The notes beneath the pieces are model-generated. The model was not told where the DNA came from. It did no database searches and saw nothing but the letters and a program-made list of their open reading frames with translations. From positions 7,598 to 39,597 of the forward strand of contig NZ_JAYKGW010000031.1 in the NCBI RefSeq assembly GCF_035285525.1: a stretch of 32,000 bases of DNA, written 5' to 3'. Position 1 is the first letter of the stretch. Each line of letters begins with the position of its first letter. Below are positions 8,580 through 17,744 of this stretch, piece by piece. This DNA is from Okeania sp. (GTDB lineage: Bacteria; Cyanobacteriota; Cyanobacteriia; Cyanobacteriales; Microcoleaceae). The position numbers and the translations under genes are program-made.

Positions 8580-8921
8580 TTACGCTTCTTTTTCTTTTTG
8601 CATTTCTGGCATAGAAACTGCATTTACATCAACTGTATTATCAGTAGCAGTTGAGTCTTGGTTATTCACATTAGATGCTACTGTGGTATCTTGACCCTGA
8701 CGTAATTTCATAAAATCAATTACCATCTGAGACACTTCTGCAACTAAAAGAGTGACAATAGCCACATCATCAATTTGTCCTACAATTGGAATAAAATCTG
8801 GAGAAATATCAAAAGGACTTAGTACATAAGCTAAGGTTCCCAGAATAACCCACCAACGATATTTAGGGTTACGAATAATATTGCGATACCAAGTATATAG
8901 AGATTGAATGGAAAAACTCAT
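8580..8921 (-). CDS. YkvA/DUF1232-family small membrane protein
   Basis: 113 aa. The segment RWWVILGTLAYVLSPFDISPDFIPIVGQIDDVAIV is the DUF1232 signature (Y..SP.D.IPD.IP..G..DD). Confidence 0.75.
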   Translation of the reverse strand: MSFSIQSLYTWYRNIIRNPKYRWWVILGTLAYVLSPFDISPDFIPIVGQIDDVAIVTLLVAEVSQMVIDFMKLRQGQDTTVASNVNNQDSTATDNTVDVNAVSMPEMQKEKEA

Positions 8922-9196
8922 TTAATAATCCTCAAATTTAAAATTTACTTACACTTATAATAATGGCAGAATTTCAAACTGTATGTCAGTGTTAATACTA
9001 ACCATAAATTTTTCTAGAAAATTCTACAATTAAAATTCTGGAATAGAGCAATCCAAATTTGTACTATAGCCATAAGAAATCAACTGTAGGGGTTTGGAGG
9101 CCAAACCCTCAGAAGTTAGGAGTAGGTTAAGTTCCCCTCCACCGGAGGGGTTAGGGGTGGGTTCTCCTTTGCCAATAAACTATAGACTCATCTACT

Positions 9197-10696
9197 TTAG
9201 TTTCTTACTCCTTCCTCCTTCTCCTCTCTTCCTTCTTCCTTCCTCACCAAAAATGTCGCACACTCAACATGAGAAGTTTGAGGAAAAAAGTCTGCTGGTT
9301 GTATTTTCTGCAAATAATATTCACCAGTTCCACAGAGAAATTTTAAATCACGAGCCAAGGTAGCAGGTTTACAACTAATATAAATAATACGCTCTGGTAA
9401 AATTTCTAATAATGTCTCTAAAACTGAGCGATCGCAACCTTTCCTCGGTGGATCTAATAAAACTACATTTGGTTTAACTTCCAACTGAGGCAACAACTTC
9501 TCAACTTTTCCTACATAAAAATCTACGTTTTTCAAATTATTAATTTCGGCATTAAATCTAGCTTGTTCGATAGCAACTGGTTGTACTTCTAAACCAATAA
9601 CCGAACTTTTTATATCTCCTATTTCCAGAAAATTATTATCACTAATATCCTGTAAATATTTTGCCAAAGGTAAAGTAAAAGTACCAACTCCACAATAAGC
9701 ATCAACAATAATTTCTGAACCACTCAAAACCAAATTTTCAAGAATAACCTCCATTAATTTTTCTGCTGCTTTTGTATTTACCTGAAAAAAGGTATCAGCA
9801 GTTAATTGAAAATTTAAACCTCCAAACTTTTCCTCCAGATAAAACCGACCAGCAATACCAACAGTTTCCTTTCCAAAAATAGTATTTCCTGGTTGAGAAT
9901 TATAGTTCAAACAAACACCCACTAACTGAGAATAATTTGACAACCATTTTTCAGCTTCAACTTTAATACCAGGCAATAACTTTTCTGTATTTTCCTTACT
10001 CCCATTAACCACCAAAGTTAATAAAATTTCCCCCGTTTTTTCTCCTATCCTCAAAGATAAATGACGTAAAATTCCTATATGTTTTTGTTCATCATATATT
10101 TCCCATCCTTGCCTACCAATATCCTCCTTAATTTCTTTAAGTAAAAGATTTAAACGTTCATCTTGAATCGGACATTGATTCAAATTAATTAACTTATGAC
10201 TACCCTTCTGATAATATCCCGCCTTAACTTGACCCGTAGTAGAAATACCCAGAGGATATGTCACCTTATTACGATATCCAAAAGGCGATGGAGATGGTAA
10301 AATAGACCCCACCTTCGGTAACTCTAATCCGCCAATTCTTTCTAAAGCTTGAATCACCTGATTTTGTTTAGCTTCAAGCTGATACTCATAACTAATATGT
10401 TGCCATTGACACCCACCACATTTGTCCGCCACAATACAATGAGGCTTAATCCGCTCGTCAGATTTTTCCAAAAGCTTCTGTAATTTTCCATAAGCATATT
10501 TAGATTTGACAATTGTCAGACGAGCTACGAGGCGATCGCCAGGAACTGTATCCGGGACAAATACCACTTTTTGGTCATAACGACCCACTCCATCACCATT
10601 ATCTGTTAAATCTGTGATAGTTATTTCTACTAGCTGACCTTGTTGCCAAACTAAATTGGCCGATTTTTGCTGGTTGATGTCCACTAACTTCTTCAT
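9197..10696 (-). CDS. rlmD: 23S rRNA (uracil-C5)-methyltransferase, RlmD/RumA family (TRAM domain, 4Fe-4S Cys cluster, SAM-dependent methyltransferase domain)
   Basis: The N-terminal TRAM-like segment is ITDLTDNGDGVGR...VVFVPDTVPGD. The Cys cluster is C..ADKCGGCQWQH. SAM motif I is VDAYCGVGTF, followed by DPPRKG and YISCKPATLARD. 499 aa. Confidence 0.85.
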   Translation of the reverse strand: MKKLVDINQQKSANLVWQQGQLVEITITDLTDNGDGVGRYDQKVVFVPDTVPGDRLVARLTIVKSKYAYGKLQKLLEKSDERIKPHCIVADKCGGCQWQHISYEYQLEAKQNQVIQALERIGGLELPKVGSILPSPSPFGYRNKVTYPLGISTTGQVKAGYYQKGSHKLINLNQCPIQDERLNLLLKEIKEDIGRQGWEIYDEQKHIGILRHLSLRIGEKTGEILLTLVVNGSKENTEKLLPGIKVEAEKWLSNYSQLVGVCLNYNSQPGNTIFGKETVGIAGRFYLEEKFGGLNFQLTADTFFQVNTKAAEKLMEVILENLVLSGSEIIVDAYCGVGTFTLPLAKYLQDISDNNFLEIGDIKSSVIGLEVQPVAIEQARFNAEINNLKNVDFYVGKVEKLLPQLEVKPNVVLLDPPRKGCDRSVLETLLEILPERIIYISCKPATLARDLKFLCGTGEYYLQKIQPADFFPQTSHVECATFLVRKEEGREEKEEGVRN

Positions 10697-10764
10697 AAAA
10701 TTTGATGACCAGGAAAGACGTAAATAGCTAAAATAAAATATTATTCAGTAAATTTTCCATAATT

Positions 10765-11250
10765 ATGAGTGTAGTTAGTCAAGTTATTCTCAAAGCAGAC
10801 GATGAATTACGTTACCCCAGCAGTGGGGAACTTCAATCCATAAATACTTTTTTGAAAACAGGTGAGCAGCGTGTCAATATCGCTAGGGTGCTTTCTGAAA
10901 ATGAAAAGAAAATTGTGGAGAAAGCTAGTAAAGAGTTATGGCGTAGACGTCCAGACTTCATTGCTCCTGGAGGTAACGCCTTTGGTCAACGTGAGCGTGC
11001 CTTATGTCTCCGGGACTATGGTTGGTACTTACGTTTAATTACCTACGGGATATTAGCTGGAGATAAAGACCCTATTGAAAGTATTGGTTTGATTGGGGTT
11101 CGGGAAATGTATAATTCCTTGGGTGTACCTGTTCCAGGAATGGTAGAGTCAATTCGTTGTTTAAAGGAAGCAAGTTTGGCTTTACTTGATCAAGAGGATG
11201 CTAAGGAAACTGCTCCTTACTTTGACTTTATTATTCAAGCAATGTCCTAA
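10765..11250 (+). CDS. apcD: Allophycocyanin alpha-B subunit
   Basis: 161 aa. The segments [69 protein letters not shown] and [10 protein letters not shown] closely follow ApcD rather than ApcA. Confidence 0.9.
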   Translation: MSVVSQVILKADDELRYPSSGELQSINTFLKTGEQRVNIARVLSENEKKIVEKASKELWRRRPDFIAPGGNAFGQRERALCLRDYGWYLRLITYGILAGDKDPIESIGLIGVREMYNSLGVPVPGMVESIRCLKEASLALLDQEDAKETAPYFDFIIQAMS

Positions 11251-11295
11251 TGGTTAATTAATAATTAATAATTGATAATGAATAATTAATCTATC

Positions 11296-11784
11296 GTAGG
11301 GTGGTAAATGTTTGGTGGGTGCGGGTTTAGCTAACTTTATGTAAAAACTCGTTAACTAACTGGTGAAACCCGCCCCTACTTTTGATAAAAAATACTGTAG
11401 GGGCGGGTTTGAACAGAAATTTTCCGGTTTCATCTCAGACTTACCTAAACCCGCCCTCTTTTCTACCACATCAAAATATGTTATGAACGGGTAAATGTGG
11501 GGTGCGGGTTTAGCTAACTTTATGTAAAAACTCGTTAACTAACTGGTGAAACCCCCCTCTTTTCTAAAACATCAAAATATGTTATGAACGGGTAAATTTG
11601 GGGGGCGGGTTTAGCTAACTTTATGTAAAAACTCGTTAACTAACTGGTGAAACCCGCCCTCTTTTCTAAAACATCAAAATATGTTATGAACGGGTAAATG
11701 TGGAGGGTGCGGGTTTAGCTAACTTTATGTAAAAACTCGTTAACTAACTGGTGAAACCCGCCCCTACTTTTGATAAAAATACTG
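11296..11784. repeat. Array of five long GC-clamped hairpins; three consecutive units have a period of about 102 bp
   Basis: The hairpin unit gcgggtttagctaactttatgtaaaaactcgttaactaactggtgaaacccgcc occurs at 11321-11374, 11503-11555 (3' arm mutated), 11605-11658 and 11709-11762. A variant (gcgggtttgaacag...cctaaacccgcc) lies at 11403-11455. The conserved linker is tcttttctaaaacatcaaaatatgttatgaacgggtaaatgtgg. The array fills the whole spacer between the convergent 3' ends of apcD and uppP. Confidence 0.9.
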
Positions 11785-12726
11785 TTAAACATTCTCCAAA
11801 ATACCACCAGCGATCGCTCCTAAAATTAATACCCCAAAAGCTAATCTATACCAAACAAATATCCAAGTATTTCGGGTTTGTAAATATTTAATCAACCAAG
11901 CAATAGCTACATAAGAAAAAAATATAGCAGAAATAATACCAGCAATAGTCGGAACTAAACCTACACCTCCAAACCCTTCATCCAAGAGAGTTTTCAATTC
12001 CACTAAACCTGCCAAAGTAATTGCTGGAAGACCCAATAAAAAAGAAAATCTGGCCGCCGTCGCTCTTTCTAATCCCATAAACAAACCACCCGTAATAGTT
12101 GAGCCAGAGCGAGATACCCCAGGAACTAATGCCAAAGTTTGGGCTATACCCATCAGGATACCATCCTTAATATCTAATTCTTCAAAATTACGTTTTCGAC
12201 TGCCAATTTTTTCAGCAATACCTAATAATAAAGCCATAACTATAGAAGCAATAGCGATCGCTACTGTACTGCGCAGTGGGGAGTTATCAAAATCTGGAAT
12301 AAATATTTTAATTAATAATCCAAAAAATACTATTGGCAAAGTACCAATAGCAATGCCAAGTGCCATTTTAAAATCTGGGGACTGGTAATCAGATTTTAGA
12401 AGAGATTTATAAGCACCAAATGTGATTTTTGTCAAGTCATCCCAAAAATACCACACAACTGAAACAATACTGCCTAATTGAATAACTGCTGTAAAAGCTA
12501 CACCAGGATCTCCCCAACCTAGAGCCACAGGAACCACTTTGAGGTGAGCAGTGCTACTGATAGGTATAAATTCTGTTAATCCTTGTACCATTCCCAGAAT
12601 AACTGCTTGAAAAATGCTTAACTGTTCCGAGGTAGTTATTGGTTGAGATGTTAATGATTGACCAACTTGTGCTAAAGAGATAAAAATTAGAGCGCTGAAA
12701 ATTACTCCACAGAAAAATTTCATCAA
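11785..12726 (-). CDS. uppP: Undecaprenyl-diphosphate phosphatase
   Basis: A polytopic membrane protein with the BacA/UppP motifs: TEFIPISSTAHL and PGVSRSGSTITGGLFMGLERATAARFSFLL. The track start is a TTG at 12726; an ATG follows at 12723. Confidence 0.92.
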   Translation of the reverse strand: MMKFFCGVIFSALIFISLAQVGQSLTSQPITTSEQLSIFQAVILGMVQGLTEFIPISSTAHLKVVPVALGWGDPGVAFTAVIQLGSIVSVVWYFWDDLTKITFGAYKSLLKSDYQSPDFKMALGIAIGTLPIVFFGLLIKIFIPDFDNSPLRSTVAIAIASIVMALLLGIAEKIGSRKRNFEELDIKDGILMGIAQTLALVPGVSRSGSTITGGLFMGLERATAARFSFLLGLPAITLAGLVELKTLLDEGFGGVGLVPTIAGIISAIFFSYVAIAWLIKYLQTRNTWIFVWYRLAFGVLILGAIAGGILENV

Positions 12727-12782
12727 TGTAGGGTTTTAATAGAATAATGATTGGATTATAGCATTACCGTAGGGGTTTGGTC

Positions 12783-12950
12783 TCCAAACCCTCTACTCCA
12801 AACCCTCTACTCCAAACCCTCCACTCCAAACCCTCTACTCCAAACCCTCTACTCCAAACCCTCTACTCCAAACCCTCTACTCCAAACCCTCTACTCCAAA
12901 CCCTCTACTCCAAACCCTCTACTCCAAACCCTCTACTCCAAACCCTTTAC
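12783..12950. repeat. 14-bp minisatellite, 12 tandem copies (TCCAAACCCTCTAC)
   Basis: 168 bp is exactly 12 x 14. Two variant units are present (tccaaaccctccac and tccaaaccctttac). The first unit is the right arm of the hairpin gtaggggtttggtctccaaaccctctac (12769-12796). Confidence 0.95.
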
Positions 12951-12985
12951 CAACTAACCATTTCCATCCAAAAACTTCAAAACTT

Positions 12986-15145
12986 TTACCTTTGCAAGAA
13001 ATCTATAGCACACTCACCTAATTGTTCTGAATTTCCATATTGTTCTGAATTTCCATCAAAATAATTAACAATATCTAGACGACTTTCTATGTTCAATTTT
13101 TGAATCCAACCTCTATCTTTTGGCTGTAAATAATCAATAACTTCTTGCTCGCTATTTAATGATTCTGTAACTGAGCAGACCTCTAATTCTAACCAAGCTT
13201 CTTCAGACTGAATAATTTTTCTCGTTACTTTTAGGATACTACCTTGAGAAACTATACCTTTAATAATATTTCCTCTGGTATTAGTTCGTAACTTAATCGG
13301 TTTATTTAAGTTTAACTTATTTGCTGAAGAATTGCGATCGCCAATCAATATGAATGAATTTACATCTAAAGATAAACTCTTAGAAGATGTAGATGTAGGA
13401 CTTGGTAAGAAATCAGGTTTTTCTTTCCTATTCTCAACATTATCAGAAATGTTTTGTCTTGGTGCTATAACTTCGATTAAATCTTTGACTATAGGACTTA
13501 GCAAAAATACCAATACTCCACCTAATCCCAGAAGGATAAAAATTCCTAAAAGATAAAACCACCGATTTTTAGATTCTAAGTCAAACATAACAGTTTGATT
13601 TTTAGACTCAATAGATAGTTTTTTTAACTGTGCAGACTTAATCTCTATAGGTGGGAGTGATAGCTCTGTTGCCTGACTTCTAGCAGTAACCCGATAATGC
13701 AATAAACCTACTGTCACATTATCATGCCCATTTTTGCTATTAGCAATTTTAATTAATCTATCCCTAACCGTAGCTAAATCAACCTTTCCATAAAATAATG
13801 GCAATATTTCTGTTTGCCAACATTCTTCTACCCTATTTTTATCACTTAAACCATCAGAACAGATCAAGAAAATACTATCCTCATCTATCGGAAAACGTTG
13901 CACTGTAGGATATAGACTCATGGAGTTAGTAATACCCAAAGCTTGCGTTAAAGCACCTGATGCAACTTGTTGAATGGCATCATTATATAGAGAATAACCT
14001 AACCTAACTTGACGACTAGCAATATCGTCATCTACAGTAACTTGATAACATCTGTTGGGAGTAATCCAATAAGCACGACTATCTCCTATATGACTAATGT
14101 AGAGTTCATGCAAATTCGCAAGTGCCATCACTAAAGTAGTTCCCATCCGCTGACGACCTTGGCGTTGCTCATTATCATTTTGATCGCAAATAGCATCATT
14201 AGCCATACAAACAAATTCTTCTAACTTCGTACTGATAGTTACAGAATCTTCATTTTTAGGAATCTTTTCCAATTGTTCAGACAAAACTTGAATTGCTAAC
14301 TGAGAAGCTCTTTCGCCCCCATCTTGACCACCAACACCATCACATACAATGGCTACAGTATTAGAACTAGGTGGATAACTAATCAGTGTTTTACTAGGTG
14401 GAAAACAAGCGTCTTCATTGTGATCACGACTTGGTCCAGTATCTGTAGCAGTAGTAATATGAATGCTCCGAACCTGGGATCGCCCCAATGCTTGTAAGGC
14501 GTTATCTAACTGTGTTATTAATAAATCAGCATTTTCTACTTCACCTGTCATCATTTGCTCGGACAGTTGTTTCAAAAATTTTGCTACTCCTGGTTGAGCA
14601 TTCTTCACCCATTTCTGCCATAATCGACCCAAATGCTGCAATGTCACAGGTTTTTTATCTGGCTGTAGTTCCAATAAACGTACTAACTGCCCTTCTACTC
14701 GCAGATTTTCTGGATTTAGTAAACTAGAACCTACTTGTTGTACAATTAAAGGTTGCCAAAGTTGAGCTATTTGCCACAACCAGTTTAGCTGTCGCATCGG
14801 TGTAGCATTTGCCCATACTGTAGTTATTTGTGGCATCAAGCTAGCTGTTTCTAGATTTATTGGTCCCCCTTCTAACAGCCAAATTTTTTTGGCCTTTTGG
14901 TTGGATGGTAAGGAAACCAGTCCAAAAACTTGAGGAATATGAAGTCGATAGGAAAATAATTTTAGATATGGCCTTATTTTACCCGGAATTTCTTGAGGCA
15001 TTTCGGGCATTTTTTGTGGTTGAGTATCAAGTAATATCTTACTCTGCTCAACTTGATAGCGATCTGCTATTATTTGTCCTGGCCGATAGGTTTTGATTCC
15101 TTCACCTATAGCCCATAGGTAGTGTTTTGGCATAGTGCTTGGCAT
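12986..15145 (-). CDS. PP2C-family Ser/Thr phosphatase, multidomain (N-terminal conserved domain, PP2C, one TM helix, C-terminal extracytoplasmic region)
   Basis: PP2C motifs are present: RDHNEDA, VAIVCDGVGGQDGGERAS, MGTTLV, HIGDSRAY, LICSDGLSD and GHDNVTVGLL. A hydrophobic helix (WFYLLGIFILLGLGGVLVFLL) follows. The N-terminal roughly 230 aa (RYQV..LLDT..PYLKL..WLLE..RQLNWLWQI) resemble the degenerate kinase-like domain seen in front of cyanobacterial PP2Cs; that resemblance is inference. Confidence 0.85.
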   Translation of the reverse strand: MPSTMPKHYLWAIGEGIKTYRPGQIIADRYQVEQSKILLDTQPQKMPEMPQEIPGKIRPYLKLFSYRLHIPQVFGLVSLPSNQKAKKIWLLEGGPINLETASLMPQITTVWANATPMRQLNWLWQIAQLWQPLIVQQVGSSLLNPENLRVEGQLVRLLELQPDKKPVTLQHLGRLWQKWVKNAQPGVAKFLKQLSEQMMTGEVENADLLITQLDNALQALGRSQVRSIHITTATDTGPSRDHNEDACFPPSKTLISYPPSSNTVAIVCDGVGGQDGGERASQLAIQVLSEQLEKIPKNEDSVTISTKLEEFVCMANDAICDQNDNEQRQGRQRMGTTLVMALANLHELYISHIGDSRAYWITPNRCYQVTVDDDIASRQVRLGYSLYNDAIQQVASGALTQALGITNSMSLYPTVQRFPIDEDSIFLICSDGLSDKNRVEECWQTEILPLFYGKVDLATVRDRLIKIANSKNGHDNVTVGLLHYRVTARSQATELSLPPIEIKSAQLKKLSIESKNQTVMFDLESKNRWFYLLGIFILLGLGGVLVFLLSPIVKDLIEVIAPRQNISDNVENRKEKPDFLPSPTSTSSKSLSLDVNSFILIGDRNSSANKLNLNKPIKLRTNTRGNIIKGIVSQGSILKVTRKIIQSEEAWLELEVCSVTESLNSEQEVIDYLQPKDRGWIQKLNIESRLDIVNYFDGNSEQYGNSEQLGECAIDFLQR

Positions 15146-15299
15146 CTGGAATACTCACCACTTTCGGCCATTTCCGTGATTAGTTTTTTCAGGGAACAGG
15201 GAACAGGTATGGAGGGAACAGGGAGCAGAAAAGAAGAAAAACAACTGTGCTAGTTATTATAAATTTAATCAGCCAGCCCTAATTATTAACTATTAACTA

Positions 15300-15644
15300 T
15301 TAATTATCGACATCTACTCTAGGTAATCCTAGACTATAATTATTAACACGACTACCAAGATTATAACTAATTTGACCTAATTGTAGTAATGAACGGACAA
15401 AATGTTCTAAATCGGAACCTATACAGCGAAGGTTATATTCAGTTAAGTCTGACCCATTGTAAGATTCTACCAATTCGTCAAACTTCCGGTAAACCTGCTG
15501 CACCGCATTATCATTCCAGTTAAGTTCATTATCAGGGTCAATATCTAAAGTTAATACTTTGTCATCTGGAACAAGTTCATTATTTTCCACTATTCCGGCA
15601 AAAATACGAATATGTCTAGTTGTTGACTTTAATAGCAATAGCAT
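15300..15644 (-). CDS. ndhM: NAD(P)H-quinone oxidoreductase (NDH-1) subunit M
   Basis: 114 aa. The segments LLKSTTRHIRIF, LTLDIDPDNELNWN, LTEYNLRCIGSDLEHFVRSLL and YNLGSRVNNYSLGLPRV match the NdhM pattern. Confidence 0.9.
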   Translation of the reverse strand: MLLLLKSTTRHIRIFAGIVENNELVPDDKVLTLDIDPDNELNWNDNAVQQVYRKFDELVESYNGSDLTEYNLRCIGSDLEHFVRSLLQLGQISYNLGSRVNNYSLGLPRVDVDN

Positions 15645-15866
15645 AATTAATTCTCTCTGGTGTCACTTTTTGTTAAATTTTATCTTAACTGTTGTCCTAG
15701 TAAGGGTATATTATAACTACTATTCCAGATTTATAGCGGAAGGCATCAGGAAAAATCTTCCTTTGTTTGGCTTTTATGCTTTTGATGGGTTCTAACCTTT
15801 GCTTCGACTACTATATTAACTAATTCTTAAGTTCTGGCCTATTTTTTCTGTGGCTAAAAGAAACAT

Positions 15867-17744
15867 TCACTTCCATTCTGGTCCTGTCAACTTACCTCGT
15901 AATTGCCATTTACCTAAATTAGGGTCATCAACTTCTAATAGTCCACTATACAACTGTTGCTTGGCATAAGGACTATCCAAAACAGGCCAATTTTTTAAAA
16001 TTCTTTTCTCTCCATTAATCACAGCATTTCCAATAGCACCATCCTGCTGATAAGTCATTACTATGCGATCGCCTGCTAAACTCAAATAACTCAAACGCCC
16101 CTTACTATTCCATTTTCTATCATCAACTTTAGTCTTATCCAACGCCTGTTTCAAACTTTTCAAGTCCTTAATATCAGCCACCCTTGCCACATCAGTTATC
16201 CAAGCTGTTTTTCTACCCTTGGCCACCATTCCTTGATAATCTGGATATTGCCGAGAAACAGGTATCTGAAAACTTAATTCATCTGCCCAATATCTAGCAC
16301 ATAACCAAATATTTTCCATCCGCCAAATGTACCAATTTTTATATTTTGTCGGTTCACCATAACGTTGTGGCCAGACTAAATGAGATTGGGCAGGTACTCC
16401 GGCCTGCAAATCTCGATCATTGAGAATCAACTGAAAAATTACAGCCCCTTTTTCCTGAACATATTGGTCTCCGGGACTACGACCAGTTGCCTGCGCTCCA
16501 TGATAAGTACCTGCTAAATTGACCACTCCATTATTAATCCCATTTGGGTCGCGCACCACTAACTTATAAGTAGCATACTGTGCCCTAATAGTACCTTCAA
16601 CTTGATAACTGCGGGTAGGATCTAATAAAGTTCCTAAACTATAATCTTTGGTTATATAAAAAGTCTCCCATAAATTATTTCCTTGAGAATAAGTATAGTA
16701 AATTGGATGACTTGCCTGTAGTCTAAATGGTAATGGTACTTGCTTACGAGCTAATGCCCGTAAATATTCTGGGGGACGATAGGTACTAAGAGCGGGTGCC
16801 AATGCTAACCTCATGCTACTTTGTCCCATTTTTTCTAATGCTTCAGTTCCATCTCCCCACCACATCCAAGCTACTGCACTTAACCCACTATTCCAGGTAT
16901 TGCGGTCGAAGCCTCTACTTTCAGCACTTCCAGCAGTTCCCCAACTGAGTCTTAATGCCATATTAGTTGCATACCAATCTAGCAAACCTTTGGCTAATTT
17001 TTTTAACTCTGGGTCACGAGCAAAATCGTAGAGATTGAGCAATGCACCGATACTATATCCATAATAAGTAGAAGAATGAAACTCTCCTTGTCCAATAGTT
17101 AAAAATTTATTCAGTTCACTTCGTAACCATGCCTCATTTGTAGCTTCACTTGCGGGATCTCCTACAGACCAACCACTACCATTCATCAATGCTAAACCAG
17201 ATGCACGCTGCATAAACATATGATTTTCTGTGCCAGTTTTTGTCCAATTTCGGACTTTCGGTAGTTGTAGTTGATTTTGGTAAGATGTTAATATTTCTGA
17301 CGGCATTTGGTCTCGAAATAAAAAGAAAATTCGCACATCTAAATAACTACGAAAGTGATAAAAACTTGGTTTATCTTTATCAAGTTGTAGCCAAATTTTC
17401 CAAGTTTCTTCTTGGTTATAAAATTTGCCTGTTGGTTCATTTTCTAAACTTAATCTAGCTAAAATTACTGGGAGTAAATATTTATGAGGATCTCCTATTT
17501 TTCTTTCCCTCCACCAACTATCTAATTCTTCTAAATCTATGGCTGCTATTTGCTGACGAACTGCTAAACTTCTCTCTTGAAATTTCTTTTTTTCTTCCCC
17601 TGTTTTTTGTGCTAAAATTGTTGTTATTTTTCTATTTTCTGCTAATTTTATTTGATTCTTTTTTTGACATCCAGATATTATTAATAATGATAATATAATT
17701 ACAAATATTGCTAGGAATTTATAAGATATTTGCTGAAATTTCAT
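15867..17744 (-). CDS. Predicted lipoprotein of unknown function (625 aa)
   Basis: A signal peptide with a lipobox (LLIISGC at about residue 25) leads into a long uninterrupted ORF with native-looking composition. W/Y-rich helical segments (STYYGYSIGALLNLYDF, AVAWMWWGDG) faintly suggest an alpha/alpha-toroid carbohydrate-active fold, but I cannot assign a family. Confidence 0.65.
   Translation of the reverse strand: MKFQQISYKFLAIFVIILSLLIISGCQKKNQIKLAENRKITTILAQKTGEEKKKFQERSLAVRQQIAAIDLEELDSWWRERKIGDPHKYLLPVILARLSLENEPTGKFYNQEETWKIWLQLDKDKPSFYHFRSYLDVRIFFLFRDQMPSEILTSYQNQLQLPKVRNWTKTGTENHMFMQRASGLALMNGSGWSVGDPASEATNEAWLRSELNKFLTIGQGEFHSSTYYGYSIGALLNLYDFARDPELKKLAKGLLDWYATNMALRLSWGTAGSAESRGFDRNTWNSGLSAVAWMWWGDGTEALEKMGQSSMRLALAPALSTYRPPEYLRALARKQVPLPFRLQASHPIYYTYSQGNNLWETFYITKDYSLGTLLDPTRSYQVEGTIRAQYATYKLVVRDPNGINNGVVNLAGTYHGAQATGRSPGDQYVQEKGAVIFQLILNDRDLQAGVPAQSHLVWPQRYGEPTKYKNWYIWRMENIWLCARYWADELSFQIPVSRQYPDYQGMVAKGRKTAWITDVARVADIKDLKSLKQALDKTKVDDRKWNSKGRLSYLSLAGDRIVMTYQQDGAIGNAVINGEKRILKNWPVLDSPYAKQQLYSGLLEVDDPNLGKWQLRGKLTGPEWK

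Noticed and set aside
8366-8614. Track ORFs 8366..8614 and 9094..9363 as genes
   Set aside because: Both read through dispersed hairpin repeats (gtagggacgtt..., gcgggcatcttgcccgc, gtaggggtttgg, cccctccaccggagggg). The second also overlaps the 3' end of rlmD on the opposite strand.
11296-11784. CRISPR array, or the known NsiR1 array
   Set aside because: The linkers between hairpins are conserved rather than unique, so this is not a CRISPR. For NsiR1, the TCCGGA promoter motif is absent from the main units and hetF is not adjacent. I cannot recall the NsiR1 sequence well enough to claim identity.
12751-13064. Track ORFs 12751..12957 and 12777..13064 (proteins made of PNPLLQTLYSKPST repeats)
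   Set aside because: They are artefacts of the 14-bp minisatellite. Three units equal 42 bp, which keeps the frames open. The second ORF also overlaps the 3' end of the PP2C gene on the opposite strand.
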